From Christensenellales bacterium (GTDB lineage: Bacteria; Bacillota; Clostridia; Christensenellales; JBMNTT01): a stretch of 64,000 nucleotides of DNA. A model generated the notes under the pieces. The model was not told where the DNA came from. It worked only from the letters and a program-made list of their open reading frames with translations, and searched no databases. Of this stretch, positions 47,708 to 55,160 are shown in pieces (position 1 is the first letter of the stretch; each line of letters begins with the position of its first letter). Where the stretch lies: NCBI GenBank assembly GCA_050945875.1, contig JBMNTT010000001.1:28580-92579 (forward strand). Direction: 5' to 3'. Position numbers and translations under genes: made by a program.

Positions 47708-47955
47708 CACCCTGCCGCAAGTGCCTCTTCTCCCAGATGGACGACCTATCCATGTACCGCCAGATTGAAGACTATCTAGCGGCCATGGACCCGGCGCTCA
47801 AGGCCCCGCCCGCCCGCTACCGGGCGCGGCTGGACCGATGCCGGGCCTGCGAGCACCTGGTGTCGGGCACCTGTCAAAAATGCGGCTGCTTTGTCGAGGT
47901 GCGCTGCGCCAAAGCGCGGCAAATCTGTCCCGATGTCCCCCCGCGGTGGGGGTAA
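47701..47955 (+). CDS. Small Cys-rich protein (DUF6171-like by recollection)
   Basis: The 84 aa protein has nine Cys arranged in CxxC-type pairs (CRKC, CRAC, CQKCGC). Its ATG overlaps the abfA stop (ATGCTGA). Confidence 0.55.
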   Translation: MLTPCRKCLFSQMDDLSMYRQIEDYLAAMDPALKAPPARYRARLDRCRACEHLVSGTCQKCGCFVEVRCAKARQICPDVPPRWG

Positions 47956-48004
47956 ACCACCGCTCCGGCGCTAACGCGCCCTATAAAGGACCCACCCCAT
48001 ACTT

Positions 48005-48047
48005 GCGGCAATGCTCGTCGACCGAGTTGACGGGCATTGCCGCTTTT
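48005..48047 (+). terminator. Intrinsic terminator after the abfA/Cys-rich gene unit
   Basis: The hairpin GCGGCAATGC...GCATTGCCGC is followed by TTTT. Confidence 0.6.
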
Positions 48048-48087
48048 GGGTATCATGGGGGCAGCAATTGACGAGGAGGGTTTCGCC

Positions 48088-48660
48088 ATGGAGCGACGCT
48101 ATTGGCGTACCGATCGGATTGTGCTGCGCGCACCCACCCCCGAGGACGGCACCGAAAACCTGCGCGCCCGCCGCGACAACGACGACCTGGGGGATTGGCT
48201 CTGCGACCGGCTCTACGCCCCCTTTCCCGAGGCCGCGTTGGCCCGGCGGCAGCAGGAACACAGCGAGCAGATGCCCCAGCAGGATCAGTACACCCTGATG
48301 ATCACCAGCCTGACCGGGCAGGTCATGGGCTCGATCTGCATCACCCACACGGACCCGCGAAACGGCGTGTTCAGCTACGGCCTGGCCCTACGGCCAGATT
48401 TTCAGCGCCAAGGCTACGGGCGGGAGGCGGCGCTGATCGTGTTGGATTATTTTTTCCATGAGTTGCGCTATCACAAGTGCAATGTGGAGGTGTACGCTTA
48501 CAACGAGTCTTCTCGCGCTTTCCACGAGGCCCTGGGCTTCGACCTGGAGGGCGCGCGGCGCGAGAGCGTTTACTCCCGTGGGCGCTATCACGATCTGTTG
48601 CTTTACGGCATGACGAGCCAGCGGTTCACCGATCGCTACGGCGTGCGCGCCTTCCAGTGA
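48088..48660 (+). CDS. GNAT family N-acetyltransferase
   Basis: The ATG at 48088 follows GAGGAGGG. The acetyl-CoA motif region reads RPDFQRQGYGREAALIVLDYFFHELRYHK. Confidence 0.8.
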   Translation: MERRYWRTDRIVLRAPTPEDGTENLRARRDNDDLGDWLCDRLYAPFPEAALARRQQEHSEQMPQQDQYTLMITSLTGQVMGSICITHTDPRNGVFSYGLALRPDFQRQGYGREAALIVLDYFFHELRYHKCNVEVYAYNESSRAFHEALGFDLEGARRESVYSRGRYHDLLLYGMTSQRFTDRYGVRAFQ

Positions 48661-48745
48661 TGCGCCAAGCCACTGCGCGTTGCCGATTTATGCGGTTTAC
48701 ACGGCCTCGATCCGGTGTTAAGATAGAAAAAAGCGGGTAAAGGAC

Positions 48746-49489
48746 GTGGGAACCATGCTCGGCCAGATTCTCGAAATCGATGTCGATCCCCAGCTTCCTT
48801 CCTTTGTATCCGACGGTCTGACCCTCACCCGCGGCCATGTCGCGGGCGATCCTGGTAGCCCGGCGTGGATGGCGCGCTGCCCCGCCGCCCTGGGCCGAGT
48901 GCCCGGCCAGGTGCAGGCGGTCTTTCCACCTGGGTGCCTGAGGGGGATTTCCCAGCCGCTGCTACTGACCGTGCCCGACGGCGGCGTGCTCTATCGCCAC
49001 GAAATCCTGCACGTGATGCAACCTTGGCTGCGCGAGGACAGCCAGGTGCTCTGCCTGCATCAAAAGTCCAGCGGCGCGGTGGTCTATCGCTACGCGCCCG
49101 AGCTGGAGTTTCTCCTGGTATGCAGCCAGAAGCACCGCCACTGGGGCATCCCCAAGGGCAACATGGAGCCCGGCGAGCTGGAGAACCAGACCGCTATCCG
49201 CGAAGTCTTCGAGGAGACCGGGCAGCGCATCGACCTGGAACCGCCTTTCCGGGAGGTCATCGCCTTTCGCATGGACGATCTGCCCCGGTATAAGCAGGTG
49301 GCCTTCTTCCTCGCCCAGGGCCGGGCCACCCCCCTGGTGCGCAACCCCGAGGAGCACTGCGACATCGCCTGGGTGCCCTGGCAGCGGGCGCTGGAGTTGA
49401 TTCCCTTTCCCAAGGATCGGGGCGTGCTCGAGTGCGCGGTCCAGCAGCTGGGGCGGGTCTCCCAGCTCGCCGCGGTTAACCAATGCTAG
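48746..49489 (+). CDS. NUDIX hydrolase with a ~90 aa N-terminal extension (alternative start ATG 49016)
   Basis: The Nudix box is GIPKGNMEPGELENQTAIREVFEETG. The start at 48746 is a GTG, so the N-terminal boundary is uncertain. Confidence 0.7.
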   Translation: MGTMLGQILEIDVDPQLPSFVSDGLTLTRGHVAGDPGSPAWMARCPAALGRVPGQVQAVFPPGCLRGISQPLLLTVPDGGVLYRHEILHVMQPWLREDSQVLCLHQKSSGAVVYRYAPELEFLLVCSQKHRHWGIPKGNMEPGELENQTAIREVFEETGQRIDLEPPFREVIAFRMDDLPRYKQVAFFLAQGRATPLVRNPEEHCDIAWVPWQRALELIPFPKDRGVLECAVQQLGRVSQLAAVNQC

Positions 49490-49510
49490 TCTTGAGAGGA
49501 GGGCTTCCCC

Positions 49511-49861
49511 TTGCATCGACGCACCCTATCCCGGCTGTTGTGCCTGCTGTTGACGTGCGCCCTGCTAATGACCGCCTGTGGCAGCGTGGACACCGCCCTG
49601 CTGCTGGGCACCTGGCGGGCCGACGCGGCGGAGTACGGCATTGCCGAGTACACCTTCAACGCCGACGGCACCTGCGATTTTCGCATGCTGGGTATCCAAG
49701 ACTATGTGCTCAGCCAGAGCACCTACACCTATGTCGTCCAGGGCAACAAACTCAAAGTGACCAACCCATCCGGCACCACCGTCTCCTACAAGGTCGCCAT
49801 TGAGGGCGACAAGATGACCTGGGGCCCCGAGAGCTTCACCCGATACACCGCCCAAGAGTAG
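49511..49861 (+). CDS. Small lipoprotein (lipocalin-like)
   Basis: The start is a TTG. The sequence MHRRTLSRLLCLLLTCALLMTAC|G carries a lipobox, followed by GTWRAD...YTF..DGT. Confidence 0.6.
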   Translation: MHRRTLSRLLCLLLTCALLMTACGSVDTALLLGTWRADAAEYGIAEYTFNADGTCDFRMLGIQDYVLSQSTYTYVVQGNKLKVTNPSGTTVSYKVAIEGDKMTWGPESFTRYTAQE

Positions 49862-49866
49862 CCGCA

Positions 49867-49889
49867 GGACCGGATTGCCGGTCCTTTTT
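49867..49889 (+). terminator. Intrinsic terminator
   Basis: The hairpin GGACCGG-attg-CCGGTCC is followed by TTTTT. Confidence 0.65.
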
Positions 49890-50034
49890 CGTTTTGGCCG
49901 GATTTCCCCGGCGGCGGCAGCTATGCGGCTTTCCTATCCTTTCCAGACAAAATCCGTATGGTTGGGCCATTTATTGCTTAGATTCCCTATGGTATAATGA
50001 GGCCATTGTCAACAAAACAGAGGGAAGTGGTTTC

Positions 50035-50598
50035 GTGAGAGAACTGTGGAGGCTGTTCATCACCTTCTGCCGGATCGGCGGGCTGACTTTCGGCGGCGGG
50101 TACGCCATGCTGCCCATGCTGCAGCGGGAGGTCGTGGAGAAATACCACTGGGCCACCGAGAGCGAGCTGATGGACTACTACGCCATCGGTCAGTGCACCC
50201 CGGGCATCATCGCGGTCAACACCGCCACCTTCATCGGTCACAAGTGCAAGGGAGTGGCCGGGGGTTTCGTCGCGACGCTGGGCGTGGTGTTCCCCTCGCT
50301 GGTGATCATCAGCGTCATCGCGGCGTTTTTGCAGAACTTCAGCGACATCCAGTGGATTCAGCACGCCTTTGCGGGCATCCGGGTGGCGGTGGCGATGCTG
50401 GTGCTCACCGCGGTGATGAAGCTGTGGAAGAAAGCCATCGTGGACATCCCCACCCTGGTGATCTTCCTGGTGACCTTCGGGGTGATGCTCTTTGTCAACA
50501 TCTCGCCGGTCTACCTGATCGTGCTCGCGGCCCTGGCGGGCGTTCTGATCAAGAGCCTGGCCGCGCGCCGCGCCGGCCAGAAGGGAGGGCGGGCGTGA
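50035..50598 (+). CDS. chrA: Chromate transporter family protein (first half of a split pair)
   Basis: The GTG at 50035 follows GAGGGAAG. The sequence reads LFITFCRIGGLTFGGGYAMLPMLQREVVEKYHW. Confidence 0.85.
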   Translation: MRELWRLFITFCRIGGLTFGGGYAMLPMLQREVVEKYHWATESELMDYYAIGQCTPGIIAVNTATFIGHKCKGVAGGFVATLGVVFPSLVIISVIAAFLQNFSDIQWIQHAFAGIRVAVAMLVLTAVMKLWKKAIVDIPTLVIFLVTFGVMLFVNISPVYLIVLAALAGVLIKSLAARRAGQKGGRA

Positions 50599-51170
50599 TG
50601 GTCTACCTGCAGATGTTCTGGGAGTTCTTCAAGACCGGCCTGTTCTCCATCGGCGGGGGCCTGGCCACCCTGCCCTTTCTCTATGAGATCGCCGACAAGT
50701 ACACCTGGTTCGACGCGGCGGTGCTGCCGGACATGATTGCCATCTCCGAGTCCACCCCCGGCCCGCTGGGGGTCAACATGGCCACCTACGCGGGTTTCCA
50801 GGTGGGCGGCGTGTTCGGGGCGGCGCTGGCGACCTTCGCGCTGATCCTGCCCTCGATCATCATCATTATCCTGATCGCCAAATTCCTGAGCCATTTCAAC
50901 CAAAATCCCCTGGTACAGTCGGCCTTCTACGGGCTGCGCCCCGCCAGCGCCGGACTGATCGCCGTGGCGACGGTGGAGGTGTTCAAGGTCTCGGTCATCG
51001 CCTGGCAGCAATTCATCGCCACCTGGGACCCCTTGCAGTTTTTCAACTACAAGGGCCTGATCCTCTTTGCGGTGCTCTTCGGCGCCTCCATGGTCAAGCC
51101 CCTGAAGAAGCTGCACCCCGTGGTCTACATCCTGGTGGCCGCGGTGGCGGGTGTTCTCTTCCAGTTTTAG
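50598..51170 (+). CDS. chrA: Chromate transporter family protein (second half of a split pair)
   Basis: The ATG overlaps the upstream TGA by 1 nt. The sequence reads FWEFFKTGLFSIGGGLATLPFLYE. Confidence 0.85.
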   Translation: MVYLQMFWEFFKTGLFSIGGGLATLPFLYEIADKYTWFDAAVLPDMIAISESTPGPLGVNMATYAGFQVGGVFGAALATFALILPSIIIIILIAKFLSHFNQNPLVQSAFYGLRPASAGLIAVATVEVFKVSVIAWQQFIATWDPLQFFNYKGLILFAVLFGASMVKPLKKLHPVVYILVAAVAGVLFQF

Positions 51171-51185
51171 CGCCGTCCAACATCC

Positions 51186-51218
51186 AAAAAGCACCCGCCG
51201 AGCTCGGCGGGTGCTTTT
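51186..51218. terminator. Bidirectional intrinsic terminator
   Basis: The structure is AAAAA-GCACCCGCCGAGCTCGGCGGGTGC-TTTT. Confidence 0.8.
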
Positions 51219-51235
51219 GATCCTCCATCTTGGGT

Positions 51236-52345
51236 TCAGTCCAGCACGCCCTTCATCAGGCCGTCCACCATGGGCGCGGGACGCTCCACGGTGGTGGTCA
51301 TGGGCACATGGGCGCCCTGACGGCTGGCGCGCTCAAAGCCGGTCATGACCTCCAACACATGGCGGGTCAACTTGTAGCTGGCGCGGAAATCCCGGCCCTC
51401 CACCAGCGCCTTGGCCATGTCCGCCAGGCCCAGGCCGCGGCTGTTCTCCGCGTAGTCAAACAGCAGCGGGATCTCCTTGAACTCGCCGGCCGAGGGCCGG
51501 TACAGGCGCACCGGGCCGTCGAAGGTGTTGGGATCGGGCACCGACAAGGTGCCCTTGGAGCCGTAGATCTCGATGCGGGGCACCTCGGCGGTGTACACGT
51601 CGAAGGTGGTGAAGATGGTGCCGATGGCGCCGGAGGCGAACTGCATCAGCCCGGTGACATAGGTGGGCACATCCACCTGCACCACCTCGCCATAGTGGGG
51701 CTGGCTGGTGATGGTGCGGGTGTCGAAGCAGGCGCGGGTCATGCCCGACACCGTGGCCACCGGGCCGAGCAGGTTGACCAGGGCGGTGACATAGTAGGGC
51801 CCCATGTCCATCATCGGGCCGCCGCCGAACTTGTAGTAGAACGCCGGATCGGGATGCCAGGTCTCATGTCCCCGGCAGACCATGAAGGCCGACGCGCCGA
51901 TGGGCTCGCCGATAACGCCGTCATCGATGAGCTTGCGGCAGGTCTGGATGCCCGCGCCCAGGAAGGTATCCGGCGCGCCGCCGAGCATCAGGCCCTTCTC
52001 CTCGGCCAGGGCGGCCAGCTGCTGGCCCTCCTCCCAGGTCGCGCCCAGGGGTTTCTCGCTGTAGACGTGCTTGCCTGCTTCCAGAGCGGCCTTGGTCACG
52101 GCGAAATGCTCGTAAGGCCGGGTGATGTTGAGCACGATGTCAATCTGCGGGTCGGCAAACAGCTCGTACATATCGTTGTAGAGCTTGGGGATGTTGTAGG
52201 CGTCCACCGCCTTCTGGGCCTTCTCGCGCACCAGGTCGCACACGCCCAGAATCTCCACCTCCTGGTAGAGCTCCGTCAGGTTCTTCAGATAGATGCCGCT
52301 GATATCGCCGCAGCCCACAAAACCAATCTTGATCTTTTCAGCCAT
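51236..52345 (-). CDS. Gfo/Idh/MocA family oxidoreductase
   Basis: The Rossmann fold MAEKIKIGFVGCGDISGIY is followed by ...EKPL. Confidence 0.85.
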   Translation of the reverse strand: MAEKIKIGFVGCGDISGIYLKNLTELYQEVEILGVCDLVREKAQKAVDAYNIPKLYNDMYELFADPQIDIVLNITRPYEHFAVTKAALEAGKHVYSEKPLGATWEEGQQLAALAEEKGLMLGGAPDTFLGAGIQTCRKLIDDGVIGEPIGASAFMVCRGHETWHPDPAFYYKFGGGPMMDMGPYYVTALVNLLGPVATVSGMTRACFDTRTITSQPHYGEVVQVDVPTYVTGLMQFASGAIGTIFTTFDVYTAEVPRIEIYGSKGTLSVPDPNTFDGPVRLYRPSAGEFKEIPLLFDYAENSRGLGLADMAKALVEGRDFRASYKLTRHVLEVMTGFERASRQGAHVPMTTTVERPAPMVDGLMKGVLD

Positions 52346-52357
52346 GCCAGTCGCTCC

Positions 52358-53080
52358 TCAATACATCTTGGCGGTGTTCTCAAACCGCTCGGTGGTCAGC
52401 CCCTGCTCCTGGGTGTAGGGCTTTCCCTCGGCCGCCCACAGCATACCCCGCAGCATCAGGGTCTGGGCGTTGGGGGACTTGTCGAACACGTCGTCGTGGT
52501 GGCCCAGGGAGCAGTAGAACACCCGGCCGTTGCCCCACATCTTGGTCCAGGCCACGGGCATATCCACGGGCTTGTTGGAGATGTGGTAGTAGGTCACGAT
52601 GGGGAAACGGGTGGTGGCCAGCACCTCGATGGCGGGGTCCACGTGCAGGTAGTAGTGCTCGCTGACCACCTCGAAGTCCTCCAGGCCCTGGGTGATGGGG
52701 TTGGACTTGCTCTGGATATTGACCATGTAGTGGATGCCGTCGCCGCCGGGGTGGCTGACCCACTGGCCGCCGGTCATGAACTGCCACTCGGTATCCTGCC
52801 GGAAGGCGTCGCACATGCCGCCGTGGCAGCCCGCCAGGCCAACGCCCGCGCCCACCGCCTTGCAGATGTTGGCGGTGTACTCCCGCTTGATCTCGCCCAT
52901 GGTCCAGCAGGCGACGATCAAGTCCAGGCTCATCAGATAATCCAGGTCGCCCAGGCGCTCCTGGTTATCCTCCACGTCCACCTCATAGCCCTGCTCGCGC
53001 AGCAGCCGGGCAAAGCGCGCGGACACCAGCTGGGGCTCGTGGCCATCCCATCCACCTTGGAAAATCAAGACCTTTTTCAT
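52358..53080 (-). CDS. ThuA domain-containing protein
   Basis: The ATG is at 53080. The sequence reads MKKVLIFQGGWDGHEP...GCHGG...VFYCSLGH. Confidence 0.8.
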   Translation of the reverse strand: MKKVLIFQGGWDGHEPQLVSARFARLLREQGYEVDVEDNQERLGDLDYLMSLDLIVACWTMGEIKREYTANICKAVGAGVGLAGCHGGMCDAFRQDTEWQFMTGGQWVSHPGGDGIHYMVNIQSKSNPITQGLEDFEVVSEHYYLHVDPAIEVLATTRFPIVTYYHISNKPVDMPVAWTKMWGNGRVFYCSLGHHDDVFDKSPNAQTLMLRGMLWAAEGKPYTQEQGLTTERFENTAKMY

Positions 53081-53101
53081 TGTTTGCACCTCCATCGTTT
53101 G

Positions 53102-53133
53102 AAAAAAGAGGGGCGCCGGATACCGGGCCCCTC
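53102..53133 (-). terminator. Intra-operon hairpin plus T-tract between the first Gfo gene and thuA
   Basis: On the minus strand, GAGGGGC-12 nt-GCCCCTC is followed by TTTTTT. Confidence 0.45.
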
Positions 53134-53147
53134 GCGTTGACCATCCG

Positions 53148-54203
53148 TCAGATGCGGCACTGGATCGAGCGCCCCTCCTGCTCGGACTGGAAGATCGCGT
53201 CCACCACGCGCATCACCCGCAGGGCCTGCTCGGGCTTGACGATCAGCTCGGCGGTGCCGTCGAGCACGCCGCAGATGTTCTGATAGTACTCGCTCCAGTC
53301 GGACTGCACCTCGGGCAGGGGCAGATGCTCCTCGGTATCCTTGGGCCGGGGCGCCATCGACCGGGTGGGGCCGGCCTCGGTGTAGACGATGACGTCCTCC
53401 CAGGCCATCTCGTCCTCGCAGGCCAGGCGCACCATGTCGCCCTTCAGGCTCCAGTCGTCGATGCGCACGGTGCCGTCCTCGCAGGACATGTGCCAGCGGG
53501 GCTGGGTGATGAAGCAATTCATCGACACCTCCACCAGCACGCTGGTGCGGTCCTCAAAGCGCAGGATGGCCTTGAAGTTGTCGTCCACCTCCTTGGAGTC
53601 GATCTCGAACAGGTTGGCGTAGACCGACACCACCGGGCAGGGGATCATCATCATCACCTGGTCGATCAGGTGCACGCCCCAGTCCAGCAGCATGCCGCCG
53701 CCGTTGACCTTGTAGCCGCGCCAGGCGTGCATCACTTGGCGGGAGCCCTGCACCCGGGTCTCGATCATGTAGGGCTTGCCCAAGATCCGCTCGTCATAGA
53801 TTTTCTTGATCATGCGGTAGTCCTTGTCCCAGCGGCGGTTCTGGTGGACCGAGAAAAGCTTGCCGGTCTCCTGCTGGACGGCGATGACCTGCTCGAGCTC
53901 CGCGGCGTTCATGGTCACGGGCTTCTCGCAGACCACGTTCTTGCCGTGGCGCATGCAGGCGATGGACAGGTCCTTGTGGAAGTTGTTGGGGGTGGCGACA
54001 GTGACCAGGTCGATCCGCTCGTCATTCAACAGCTCCTCCAGGGAGCCATAGGCGTACAGACCATTCTCCTGCGCGACCTGCAGGCGCTCCGGGCGCACAT
54101 CCCACGCGCCGACGACCTCGATCTGGGGCACCTTTTCTTTGATATTCTGGTGATGCCAGCTGCCCATGCCGCCATAGCCGATAATTGCAGAGCGATAAGC
54201 CAT
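53148..54203 (-). CDS. Gfo/Idh/MocA family oxidoreductase
   Basis: The ATG is at 54203. The sequence reads MAYRSAIIGYGGMGSWH...CEKPV. Confidence 0.85.
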   Translation of the reverse strand: MAYRSAIIGYGGMGSWHHQNIKEKVPQIEVVGAWDVRPERLQVAQENGLYAYGSLEELLNDERIDLVTVATPNNFHKDLSIACMRHGKNVVCEKPVTMNAAELEQVIAVQQETGKLFSVHQNRRWDKDYRMIKKIYDERILGKPYMIETRVQGSRQVMHAWRGYKVNGGGMLLDWGVHLIDQVMMMIPCPVVSVYANLFEIDSKEVDDNFKAILRFEDRTSVLVEVSMNCFITQPRWHMSCEDGTVRIDDWSLKGDMVRLACEDEMAWEDVIVYTEAGPTRSMAPRPKDTEEHLPLPEVQSDWSEYYQNICGVLDGTAELIVKPEQALRVMRVVDAIFQSEQEGRSIQCRI

Positions 54204-54347
54204 GAAAATGGACCTCCTCATATCCTCAGATTGCGCCTACATGATACCATAGCCGCCGGAAAAAAGCGCGACACTTCCCAACCATTTATAGACAATTCTT
54301 GCGCTTGCTGATAAAATAATCCTATTGACGAACAGGAGGCCGCGCCT

Positions 54348-55160
54348 ATGTTCAACGGCAGCTATGAAATCTTCGAGGACGAGCAGCAGCCGCATTTTCG
54401 CCGCTCCACCCTCAACGCCCTGACCTTTATCCCCCACCTACATCGGCAGTATGAGCTGATCTACGTGGTGGAGGGGGCCATGGAGGCGCATATTCAAGGG
54501 ACCAGCCACCTGCTGCGAGCGGGCGAGCTGTCCCTGGCGCTGAGCCACCAGCTGCACTCCTACGCCACCCGGGAGCCGGGCCGATACTTCATGTGCATCT
54601 TCGAGCCCGAACTGGTGCCCCAGTTTTCCGATCATATCCGAAAAAAAGAGTTGGGTATGCCATACCTAACCGATTGTACCATCCAAGAGCGCCAGGAATT
54701 GTCGCTGCTGATCGACCGCATCTTCGAGGATCGCGCGGGTGAGCTGCGCATCAGCGGGTATATGACCGCCCTGCTGGCCCTGATGGCGGAGAAGACCGGC
54801 GTCATGGCCTCCCAGGGGCCTCAGCGCACCAGCCTGCTGCAGCAAGCGCTGACCTACATCGCTCAGAACTATGATCAGGATATCACCCTGCAGTCCGCCG
54901 CCCAGGCCCTGGGCCTGTCCCACTACTATCTCTCCCGGCTGTTCAACCAGCAGACCGGCTACAGCTTTCCCGAGTACATGATGCACTTTCGCATCAACCA
55001 TGCCCGAGGGCTGTTGATGAGCACCGACCGGGCAATCTACGACATCGCCCTGGCCAGCGGATTCGAGTGTACCCGGTCCTTCAACCGGGCCTTCGTCCGC
55101 GTCACCGGCATGACCCCCACCCAATACCGCAGACAAGCGCAGAATCAGACCGCGCCATGA
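54348..55160 (+). CDS. AraC family transcriptional regulator
   Basis: The C-terminal double HTH reads LQSAAQALGLSHYYLSRLFNQQTGYSFPEYMMHFRINHARGLL...GFECTRSFNRAFVRVTGMTPTQYR. Confidence 0.9.
   Translation: MFNGSYEIFEDEQQPHFRRSTLNALTFIPHLHRQYELIYVVEGAMEAHIQGTSHLLRAGELSLALSHQLHSYATREPGRYFMCIFEPELVPQFSDHIRKKELGMPYLTDCTIQERQELSLLIDRIFEDRAGELRISGYMTALLALMAEKTGVMASQGPQRTSLLQQALTYIAQNYDQDITLQSAAQALGLSHYYLSRLFNQQTGYSFPEYMMHFRINHARGLLMSTDRAIYDIALASGFECTRSFNRAFVRVTGMTPTQYRRQAQNQTAP

Noticed and set aside
48626-48838. A 70-aa minus ORF in the GNAT/NUDIX intergenic region.
   Set aside because: It has no SD and poor coding bias, and it overlaps the plus-strand NUDIX ORF start.
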